From: an uncultured Alphaproteobacteria bacterium
GTDB lineage: Bacteria; Pseudomonadota; Alphaproteobacteria; UBA7985
Direction of reading: 5' to 3'
Length of the DNA stretch: 64,000 nt
Assembly: GCA_905479265.1 (NCBI GenBank)
Contig: CAJQLX010000009.1
Coordinates: 564 to 64,563 of the forward strand
In this document: piece after piece, positions 1-7,442 of the stretch
Layout of the letters: every line of letters begins with the position of its first letter
Numbering within the stretch: the stretch's first letter is position 1
The notes under the pieces: generated by a model
Told to the model about the DNA's origin: nothing
The model's database searches: none
What the model saw: only the letters and a program-made list of their open reading frames with translations
Translations under genes and position numbers: made by a program

Positions 1-1476
1 GGGATTGCTGCGCTGCTGTCAGGGTTTATGAACAATGTCGGTGCGCTGGCTTTGCTGATGCCTGTCGCCATATCGCTGTCTAAGCGCCCGAGCCAGATTT
101 TGATGCCGCTGTCGTTCGGGACGATATTAGGCGGCCTGACAACATTGATCGGCACGCCACCGAACATCATTGTGTCCAACTACCGGGAGCAGATTACCGG
201 TGAACCTTTTGGCCTGTTTGCCTTCTCACCGGTTGGCGGTGTTCTGGCGTTTGTCGGCCTTGTGTTCCTGCTGCTCATCGGCTGGCGTCTGATTCCTACA
301 AAGCGCAAATCGCCTCAGGAACACACCGCGCATTTCGAGATCAAAGACTACGTGACCGAAATTCTCGTTCCCGAAGATCATCCCCTGATCAACGAACAAA
401 TCTTCCGCCTCGAAAGTCTATCCGATGGCGGCATTCAAGTGGTGGGGATCATCCGCGGTGCTACCAAGTTGTTCGGTAACCTGCGCCTGCGTCACATCCG
501 AAAAGACGACATCCTGATGGTCCAAGCCGGGCCGAACGTGCTCCAAGATTTTCTCGCCGCGCAAAAGCTGGAATTGGCTGGCGCTGATGAGTTCATCGAG
601 GAACACATGACCTCAGAGCACGCAGCGCTGATGGAGGCTGTGGTCCTGCCGGGTTCTCGCGTTGAGGGACGCTCGCCGCGCAGTCTTTACCTGCGCCGGA
701 AATACGGGGCTAACCTGCTGGCCATCGCGCGCGAAGGCACACCGATCCAAGACCGGATTGGCCGCGTGCGCTTGCGCGCTGGTGACGTCCTGTTGCTTCA
801 AGGTGAACCCTCCACGTTGCCCGACACGATCAATGATCTTGGCGCGGTTCCGTTGGCGCAGCGCGCCCTGATGCTGGGTCAAAACCAGCGCGAAGACTGG
901 GCTCCGCTGGGGTTCTTTGCCCTTGCGATCGCTGCCACAGCGCTGTTGGGCGTGCCCGTGGCCATTGCCTTTTCCGCCGCTGTCGTGGGGATGCTGCTGT
1001 CGGGCCGGATTGATCCGCAGAAGCTGTATCAGGCCATCGATTGGCCCATCATCGTGCTGCTGGGGGCGATGATTCCTTTGGGTGATGCGTTGGAGAAAAC
1101 CGGCGCCACGGCGCTGATTGCCGAGAGTGTTGTTTCCACCGCTGGTTCCTTTGGTCCGCTGATCCTGCTGGCGATCATCATGATCGTGACCATGACGCTG
1201 TCAGACATCATGAACAACGCCGCAACAGCCGTCGTCATGGCCCCGATTGCTGCGACCGTGGCCAATGAAATTGGCTCTTCGCAAGACGCTTTCCTGATGG
1301 CTGTGGCCTTGGGCGCCTCGTGCGCTTTCCTGACCCCGATCGGGCATCAGAACAACTTGCTGGTTATGGGGCCGGGCGGTTACCGATTTGGCGATTATTG
1401 GCGGATGGGATTGCCTTTGGAAATTCTGATTGTGCTGCTCGGAACGCCGTTAATCGCGTTTATTTGGGGTATTTAG
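1..1476 (+). CDS. SLC13/DASS-family permease with two internal TrkA-C (RCK_C) domains; 5' end lies outside the window
   Basis: Reading frame is open from base 1. Hydrophobic permease repeats (PPNIIVSNY.., MNNAATAVVMAPIA) flank two RCK_C-like segments (VTEILVPEDHPL..GIIRGATKLFGN ; EAVVLPGSRVEGRSPRSLYLRRKYGANLLAIAREG). This architecture is typical of TrkA-C-containing anion permeases. Confidence 0.8.
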   Translation, partial: GIAALLSGFMNNVGALALLMPVAISLSKRPSQILMPLSFGTILGGLTTLIGTPPNIIVSNYREQITGEPFGLFAFSPVGGVLAFVGLVFLLLIGWRLIPTKRKSPQEHTAHFEIKDYVTEILVPEDHPLINEQIFRLESLSDGGIQVVGIIRGATKLFGNLRLRHIRKDDILMVQAGPNVLQDFLAAQKLELAGADEFIEEHMTSEHAALMEAVVLPGSRVEGRSPRSLYLRRKYGANLLAIAREGTPIQDRIGRVRLRAGDVLLLQGEPSTLPDTINDLGAVPLAQRALMLGQNQREDWAPLGFFALAIAATALLGVPVAIAFSAAVVGMLLSGRIDPQKLYQAIDWPIIVLLGAMIPLGDALEKTGATALIAESVVSTAGSFGPLILLAIIMIVTMTLSDIMNNAATAVVMAPIAATVANEIGSSQDAFLMAVALGASCAFLTPIGHQNNLLVMGPGGYRFGDYWRMGLPLEILIVLLGTPLIAFIWGI

Positions 1477-1588
1477 CCCGCCTCTCAAACTACAAATTGT
1501 TAGAAAGAACTCTTGCAATCTGCCGAATCAACTCCGATTTAAGGGTTAGCGTCGGGGGCCGCATCATTCTTAGAGGAGAGGCTTCACC

Positions 1589-1684
1589 TTGAACTCGCCA
1601 ACACTTCGAAACCTTGGTCTCGCAGTATACGTGATACTCGCTGTCGTGACTGCGTTTGCCGCCATGTCCGGAACGGTGTTCTAA
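1589..1684 (+). CDS. Small hydrophobic peptide (31 aa, TTG start), possible single-pass membrane protein upstream of the XpaC-like gene
   Basis: Translation is LNSPTLRNLGLAVYVILAVVTAFAAMSGTVF. A good RBS (agaggagagg) sits 8 nt upstream of the TTG. The stop codon is 3 nt before the next ATG at 1688. It is below the ORF-track length cutoff, so it was found by reading the sequence directly. Confidence 0.3.
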   Translation: MNSPTLRNLGLAVYVILAVVTAFAAMSGTVF

Positions 1685-1687
1685 GCC

Positions 1688-2584
1688 ATGTCGCAGGGAA
1701 AACGGGTTTCTTCCAAATCCATGAAAGCTGGTGCCTTTGCAGAAACCAGCGAAAAGCAAGTGGTGCCAGTAAACGGCCTAAAGGCTGGTTTGACGCGCTG
1801 GTTGGTGGCTCTGCCACTCCCCGTCATGGTGCTTGCACTGCTCATCGAAACCGTCAGCGCCGATATCTTTACCGCTCTGGCCTTGCTGGTCGCCATTGCG
1901 CTGCAGCTTGCGGGCATCGGGCTGGTGCGTCGGGGCTTGACCGTTCGGCAGTCCGGCGGGGTTGAAGCCGCGCTAAACAGTCCATCGACCGCTCTGGGCC
2001 TGGGCTCAGCAGCGCTGGTGGCGGCTTTGTTCCTGCTGTGCTTATCAGGCCCAGCCGGGCCATTACAGGCCATAGGCGTTGCCGCTTTGGGCGCAATCGG
2101 CCTGTGGCTGGCGCTCTTCACCTCAACCGGCGCGGAACAGGCGTCGAACGGTTTGGGTGAGAAAGTCGCCGGCATCGATATGGGTGACCTGCGCAAGCAA
2201 CTCGCCCAAGCGCACGACTACGTCAAACGGATGCGGACCAGCGGCGCACAGTTGTCCTCGTCCGACAATCAAGCACAAGTGGTCCGAATCGCCGACCATG
2301 CCGAGGGCGTGCTCGAAGGTATTTTGGCAGACCCCGGTGATATTCGTCGCGCCCGTCGCTTCATGGCCACCTACCTCGAACGCGCCGCGACATCCGTGGA
2401 GCAGTTTGCAGCCGCCGAAACCAAGGGCAAGGCAGACGGCCATCGCGCCGACTTTAACGCCACGCTCGACGTGATTGAAAAAGCATTTAACGACCAGAAA
2501 CAACGGTTGGACGCAGAAGATTCCATAGATCTCGAAGTCCAGCTCGACGTCCTACGCAAACAAATGGAGCGGGAAGGCCTCTAA
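1688..2584 (+). CDS. XpaC-like membrane protein (5-bromo-4-chloroindolyl phosphate hydrolysis protein family; N-terminal TM helices plus C-terminal coiled/charged domain)
   Basis: Several N-terminal TM segments, then a charged helical C-terminal region (DLRKQLAQAHDYVKRMR..LERAATSVEQFAAAE..). It lies immediately upstream of a TelA/YaaN homologue, the same pairing as the B. subtilis xpaC-yaaN operon. The family assignment rests on architecture and context, not on any alignment I could run. Confidence 0.5.
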   Translation: MSQGKRVSSKSMKAGAFAETSEKQVVPVNGLKAGLTRWLVALPLPVMVLALLIETVSADIFTALALLVAIALQLAGIGLVRRGLTVRQSGGVEAALNSPSTALGLGSAALVAALFLLCLSGPAGPLQAIGVAALGAIGLWLALFTSTGAEQASNGLGEKVAGIDMGDLRKQLAQAHDYVKRMRTSGAQLSSSDNQAQVVRIADHAEGVLEGILADPGDIRRARRFMATYLERAATSVEQFAAAETKGKADGHRADFNATLDVIEKAFNDQKQRLDAEDSIDLEVQLDVLRKQMEREGL

Positions 2585-2629
2585 AAAGAGCCGCCGCCAT
2601 CCAAGCCGAACCAAAAGGGATAAATTCCA

Positions 2630-3799
2630 ATGGCAACCGAAACCAAAACCGCCGTCGCTGAAGTCATTTTTCCAGACGTGGCCGCAGATGGATCCGTCAC
2701 CAACACAGCGTTGGTGCCCGTTGATCCGGATGATCCAACCAACCAGGCGATGGTGAACAAGTACATGTCCGAGCTGGATATGTCGGACACCAACTCGATC
2801 ATCTTTTTCGGATCGAAAGCGCAGCAGGAGCTGACGACCATTTCGTCAACCATGCTCGATGGCGTGCGCAACAAAGATGTTGGCCCCGCCGGCGACGCAC
2901 TGACCAACATGGTTTCGGCGCTGAAGGGCTTTGACGCGCGCTCCTTGGATCCAAACCGCAAGCCAAACTTTTTCATGCGCTTGCTGGGCATGGGTCAGGA
3001 CAATCTGGTCCGGTTTCAGTCCAAATTCGACACGGTACAGGGTCAAGTCGATCAGATCGAAATCGACTTGGAGAAGCAAAAGACGGTGATGCTCACCGAC
3101 ATTGAAAAGCTCGATAAGCTCTACGATGCCAACCTCGACTACTTCCATGATCTCGAACTGTGGATTGACGCCGGTGAGAAGAAGCTGGCCTTGCTGAACG
3201 AGGAAGACATCCCAGCGCTCGAAGCCAAGGCAGAACAATCTGGCGAAATGCTGGATGCCCAAGCCGTGCGCGATCTCCGCTCTGCCCGCGATGATCTGGA
3301 GCGCCGCGTTCACGACTTGCGACTCACCCGCCAGGTGACGATGCAGTCCCTGCCGTCGATCCGGTTGGTGCAGGAAAACGACAAGGCGTTGGTGAACAAG
3401 ATCAACTCGATTGTCGTCAACACCAAGCCGCTTTGGCAGCAGCAGCTGGCACAGGCGATTGCCATTCACAACATGGCCAAAACCGGCCAAGCGGTCGAGG
3501 CAGCACAGGATTTGACCAATGATTTGCTCAAAGCCAATGCCGATAACCTGCGCGCCGGCAACGCCCAAGTGCGCGAGCAGATTGAGCGCGGTGTCTTTGA
3601 CATTGAAACCGTGCAGGAAGCCAATGATAGCCTGATCGGGGCCATCAATGACTCCCTGATGATCGCCGATGAAGCCAAGAAGAAGCGCGCTGCGGCTGTG
3701 GTCGCCATGCAATCCATGGAAAACGATCTCAAGGCCGTGCTGAAGTCTGCTTCCGGCGCTGCGATCGAGGCTGGCCAATCAGCCGTCGACGCCAACTAA
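2630..3799 (+). CDS. telA: TelA/YaaN/KlaA-family toxic anion resistance protein
   Basis: 389 aa with the family's N-terminal pattern (..NQAMVNKYMSELDMSDTNSIIFFGSKAQQELTTISSTMLDGVRNKDVGPAGDALTNMVSALKGFD..) and a long coiled-coil body, both typical of the TelA family. Confidence 0.8.
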   Translation: MATETKTAVAEVIFPDVAADGSVTNTALVPVDPDDPTNQAMVNKYMSELDMSDTNSIIFFGSKAQQELTTISSTMLDGVRNKDVGPAGDALTNMVSALKGFDARSLDPNRKPNFFMRLLGMGQDNLVRFQSKFDTVQGQVDQIEIDLEKQKTVMLTDIEKLDKLYDANLDYFHDLELWIDAGEKKLALLNEEDIPALEAKAEQSGEMLDAQAVRDLRSARDDLERRVHDLRLTRQVTMQSLPSIRLVQENDKALVNKINSIVVNTKPLWQQQLAQAIAIHNMAKTGQAVEAAQDLTNDLLKANADNLRAGNAQVREQIERGVFDIETVQEANDSLIGAINDSLMIADEAKKKRAAAVVAMQSMENDLKAVLKSASGAAIEAGQSAVDAN

Positions 3800-3842
3800 A
3801 CAAACACTGTCATTTGCACAGAAACGAAGGAGAAGGCCTAAA

Positions 3843-4958
3843 ATGGCATTCGGAATTTTCGGCGGTCAGTTCATCGACGTTATCGAATGGACCGATGATA
3901 CCAGCGACACGATGGTGTACCGCTTTGAACGTCAAGGGAATGAAATCAAATACGGCGCCATGCTCACGGTCCGCGAAGGACAAGTTGCGGTCATGGTCAA
4001 CGAAGGCGAAGTCGCCGACGTGTTTGATCCCGGCTTATGGCAACTGGAAACGGCAAACCTGCCGGTTCTCAGCACGCTTCAATCTTGGAAGTACGGCTTT
4101 AAAAGCCCGTTCAAGTGCGAAGTTTACTTCATCAACACCAAGCGGTTTTCCGACCTCAAATGGGGCACGAAAAACCCGATCATGCTGCGCGATGCCGAGT
4201 TTGGCCCCGTGCGCCTGCGGGCTTTTGGCACCTACGAAATCCGTGTTGCAGACCCGGTCGAGTTCCTGCGCGAAGTTGTTGGCACCGATGGTCGGTTTTC
4301 CGTCGATGAGGTCAGCGACCAGCTGCGCAATTTGATTGTCAGCCGGGTTGCGGTTGGCTTGGGTAAAGCGAAGATCCCTGCGCTGGATCTGGCCGCGAAT
4401 TATATGGAGCTGGGGGATTTTCTGACAAACCTCGTCGGTCCAGATTTCGCCGCCTATGGTCTGGATCTGCAAAAGCTGCTGATCGAAAACATCTCCCTGC
4501 CGCCAAATGTCGAAGAAGCGCTGGACAAGCGTTCGTCGATGGGTGTGATCGGTGATCTCAACAAATACATGCAGTTTCAGGCTGCTGAATCCCTCACGGC
4601 AGGCGGCGAAGCTGGCGGCGCTGCGGCGTCGGGTGCTGGCATGGGTATGGGCTTTGCGATGGCACAGCAAATGGCGGCTGCCTTCTCGCCCAACGGGGGT
4701 GCTTCCCCTGCGGCGGCAGCGGCACCGCCCCCGCTGCCTTCTGAGCCATCCTACTATATTGCGGTAAACGGCGGTCAGACGGGCCCGTTTCAGGGTCACG
4801 CCCTGCACGACGAAATCGCAGCCGGCCGCCTGCACTCAGACGCGCTGGTTTGGGCCGCAGGCATGGCTGCTTGGACCAAGGCATCTGACGTGCCGGCCAT
4901 TGCGCGTTTGTTTGACGTGGCACCGCCGCCGGTCCCCGGTTCACCACCTCCGCTGTAG
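3843..4958 (+). CDS. SPFH/band-7 domain protein of the YdjI type (COG4260), with a Gly/Ala/Pro-rich linker and a C-terminal DUF4339 (GYF-like) domain
   Basis: The N-terminus (FIDVIEWTDDTSDTMVYRF, LSTLQSWKYGFKSPFKCEVYFINTKRFSDLKWGTKNPI) aligns by eye with B. subtilis YdjI (VVEW, LSTLKGFKFGF, EVLFVNTKEF, WGTKQ). The C-terminus (YYIAVNGGQTGPF..LVWAAGMAAWTKASDVP) matches the DUF4339 pattern and replaces the zinc ribbon found in YdjI. Confidence 0.75.
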   Translation: MAFGIFGGQFIDVIEWTDDTSDTMVYRFERQGNEIKYGAMLTVREGQVAVMVNEGEVADVFDPGLWQLETANLPVLSTLQSWKYGFKSPFKCEVYFINTKRFSDLKWGTKNPIMLRDAEFGPVRLRAFGTYEIRVADPVEFLREVVGTDGRFSVDEVSDQLRNLIVSRVAVGLGKAKIPALDLAANYMELGDFLTNLVGPDFAAYGLDLQKLLIENISLPPNVEEALDKRSSMGVIGDLNKYMQFQAAESLTAGGEAGGAAASGAGMGMGFAMAQQMAAAFSPNGGASPAAAAAPPPLPSEPSYYIAVNGGQTGPFQGHALHDEIAAGRLHSDALVWAAGMAAWTKASDVPAIARLFDVAPPPVPGSPPPL

Positions 4959-5073
4959 CGCAAACAACAAGGGGGCCCAGCGCCCCCTTTCTTTTTGCAA
5001 GAGCCACGGGTTTCATGATGGGTGTGACTTTCGTATTCTTGCGACCACTGACGATCAAAACGGGGACTTTCTC

Positions 5074-6180
5074 ATGGATGCGGCATCACGCGAGGAAACA
5101 GGAACGCTCGAACGCCAAGACTACCCGTGTCAGAACTGCGGGGCGTTGCTGGCCTTCAAGCCCGGCGCTGACGCTTTGGGGTGCGATTATTGCGGTCACG
5201 TAAACCCCCTGCACCATGATGCGCGCGAGATTGTGGAGAATGACCTCGATAGCGCTCTACGGGATTTAGAAAACAGCCACGCGACCGACCATGTGGCGTC
5301 GATCAAGTGCGACAGCTGCGCAGCAGAGTTCACCCTCGCCCAAAATGAAACAGCCGGCCGGTGCCCGTTTTGTGCGGTGCCTGTGGTGGTTGATCCGGTG
5401 CAAGTGCGGCGCTTGACCCCCGATGCTGTCCTGCCGTTCAAGCTGACGGCAAAGGAGGCGCGCCAAGCGACCAAACGCTGGCTAAAACGATCGTGGTTGG
5501 CCCCCGAAGCCATGCGACGACACACGACCGCCGACGATCAATTCAAAGGCGTTTACCTGCCCTACTGGACCTATGACGCTGATACGGCGTCTCGGTATCA
5601 GGGCTTTCGCGGCGATACCTATACCGTCACGGTTGGCAGTGGGGAAAACCGGCGCACCGAAACCCGCGTGCGTTGGACGCCCAAAAGCGGCCGCGTGGCG
5701 CGCCTTTTTGACGACGTGCTGGTGCCGTCGTCCCATTCTCTACCGGCCAAATATCTGTCTCGATTGACGCCGTGGGATTTGGAAAATCAGCGCCCTTATG
5801 CGGATGAATACCTTGCCGGCTATATCTCCGAGGCCTACCAAATGCCCTTGGCCGAAGGGTTCACAGAAGCCAAACGCATCATGCAGATCGCGATTGAACG
5901 GGACGTTCGGCGGTCCATCGGTGGTGATCGCCAGCGCATCACGCGGCTTGAAACCCACTATGACGACACGACCTTCAAGCACGTCTTGCTGCCCACGTTT
6001 TTGTCTGCTTTTCGCTGGAAAAACAAAGTTTACCGCTTCGTGGTCAATGCGCGAACGGGCGAGGTACAGGGCGAGCGCCCTGTTTCGTGGTGGAAAGTCA
6101 CGCTGCTGATCATCTTGGGATTGATCGCAGGGGGGCTGGTGCTGGCCGGTATGATTGCGTACGAGGGCGCTGATATCTAG
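5074..6180 (+). CDS. Double zinc-ribbon protein with a C-terminal transmembrane anchor (putative YdjG-like partner of the SPFH protein)
   Basis: Two CxxC..CxxC ribbons at the N-terminus (CQNCGALLAF..CDYCGH ; CDSCAAEF..CPFCA), a roughly 250-aa conserved middle domain, and a C-terminal TM helix (WWKVTLLIILGLIAGGLVLAGMIAY). The ATG at 5074 is chosen because the ORF-track start at 4900 would overlap the upstream gene. Confidence 0.6.
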   Translation: MDAASREETGTLERQDYPCQNCGALLAFKPGADALGCDYCGHVNPLHHDAREIVENDLDSALRDLENSHATDHVASIKCDSCAAEFTLAQNETAGRCPFCAVPVVVDPVQVRRLTPDAVLPFKLTAKEARQATKRWLKRSWLAPEAMRRHTTADDQFKGVYLPYWTYDADTASRYQGFRGDTYTVTVGSGENRRTETRVRWTPKSGRVARLFDDVLVPSSHSLPAKYLSRLTPWDLENQRPYADEYLAGYISEAYQMPLAEGFTEAKRIMQIAIERDVRRSIGGDRQRITRLETHYDDTTFKHVLLPTFLSAFRWKNKVYRFVVNARTGEVQGERPVSWWKVTLLIILGLIAGGLVLAGMIAYEGADI

Positions 6181-6196
6181 CGCGGATGCCGAGTTG

Positions 6197-7321
6197 CTAC
6201 AGCGTACCGGCCACGGACCCGCGCCAAGCATCGTAGGCCGCTTGCGCCGCTTCGCCCGGGGGTGAAGCCCAGAATTCTGCGCTGAACAGCAAGCTGGAAC
6301 CAAGGTTTTCTGGTCCCGTCGGCAACCACGCCCGCAAGTCTTCGCGCGCTGCCGTTGCGGCAGACAATCGCGCCGGGCCATAGCCGGTGACGGTCGCCAT
6401 GGCCGTTTGGTAAGCCCCGCGAGAGACATTGGCGATGAAGTCGCCCGCCAACCTCGGGTTCGCTGCGCCCGATGGAATGGCAAAAACGTCCATATCAACA
6501 ACGTGGTTATCCCAGAGATACCCAATACGTGGCCCCGTCGCGCGCAGCTCCCGCAGGGCATCAAAGTGATGGATTAAGCCAATCGCAGCCTGTCCCGACT
6601 TCAGCAGAGCGAAAATTTCCTGCGTTGAGTTGATAAATTGAACATTTTTTCGCACACGGTTGAGCACGGCCAGCGCTTCGGCCACACCCTCGGGCGTGCC
6701 CAAACGCTCGTAAACCCGGTCCACGGCAACGCCTTCAGACAGCAACGCCAGCTCCATCATTACGCTCGCCGAGGTCGTGAACAGCCGCCGACCGGGAAAC
6801 AATAACGGGTCAAAAGCATCGGTGAGCGCGTAGGGCTTAGCGCCGCTGAACAGCCGCTGATCAAACCCAAATCCGTGCGACCAGACAACATTGCCAACCC
6901 AGCACAGGCCGATGGCCCCGTCGATGAAGTCACTGGTGGGATTTTGAATGCCAATCCGTTGATGATCGATGGGTTCCAAATAGCCTTGGAGGCACAAAGC
7001 CTCAGCATCATGCCGTTCGAGGTCCAAGACGTCCCAACCCAGCGCGTCGCCTGTCTCGCGATAAGCAGCAACCTTTTGGCGCACTTCGTTTGGATGGCCG
7101 GTATAGGTGACAACATCCACCGACTTTCCAGTCTGGAAGCCAAAGGGCTCGGCGAGTACTTGCGTCTGCGCCTTTTGGTAAAAGCCGCCCCACGTTGCAA
7201 TCGTAAGCTCCGCGTCCCCGGTTTGCGCCTGCGCCACTGATGCAAAGCCCAGCAGGACAGCGCCCATGCCGAACAAAGCTGCGCTGGCGAGCCCTTGGAA
7301 AGCACGAATAGTTTGCCGCAT
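6197..7321 (-). CDS. ABC transporter periplasmic substrate-binding protein (family-1 extracellular solute-binding, PotD/PotF-like); no cognate permease or ATPase adjacent
   Basis: Signal peptide (MRQTIRAFQGLASAALFGMGAVLLGFASVAQAQ) followed by an SBP-type sequence (LTIATWGGFYQKAQ..). The start is taken at the Met that precedes the signal peptide. Confidence 0.65.
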   Translation of the reverse strand: MRQTIRAFQGLASAALFGMGAVLLGFASVAQAQTGDAELTIATWGGFYQKAQTQVLAEPFGFQTGKSVDVVTYTGHPNEVRQKVAAYRETGDALGWDVLDLERHDAEALCLQGYLEPIDHQRIGIQNPTSDFIDGAIGLCWVGNVVWSHGFGFDQRLFSGAKPYALTDAFDPLLFPGRRLFTTSASVMMELALLSEGVAVDRVYERLGTPEGVAEALAVLNRVRKNVQFINSTQEIFALLKSGQAAIGLIHHFDALRELRATGPRIGYLWDNHVVDMDVFAIPSGAANPRLAGDFIANVSRGAYQTAMATVTGYGPARLSAATAAREDLRAWLPTGPENLGSSLLFSAEFWASPPGEAAQAAYDAWRGSVAGTL

Positions 7322-7442
7322 CGTTTCACCCGACATAAGGTTTTGAGATCGTGCTGTTTTTATGCGCGCTAGATCTCACGGACTCATGTAGATAAAGATC
7401 AAACTATGTTCGTGCAAATTTTCAGTCAGGGATAAAGTCAAC

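Noticed and set aside
2846-3778. 310-aa ORF antisense to the telA-like gene
   Set aside because: It lies entirely within telA, which has strong homology support, and has no recognisable domains. High-GC genomes generate long antisense shadow ORFs.
4035-4835. 266-aa ORF antisense to the SPFH gene
   Set aside because: Arg/Cys-rich low-complexity translation typical of GC-rich antisense frames. It is fully inside a homology-supported CDS.
5740-6564. 274-aa minus-strand ORF spanning the zinc-ribbon gene end and the SBP gene
   Set aside because: It overlaps two well-supported genes on either strand. Its composition (R/P/A-rich) is shadow-like.
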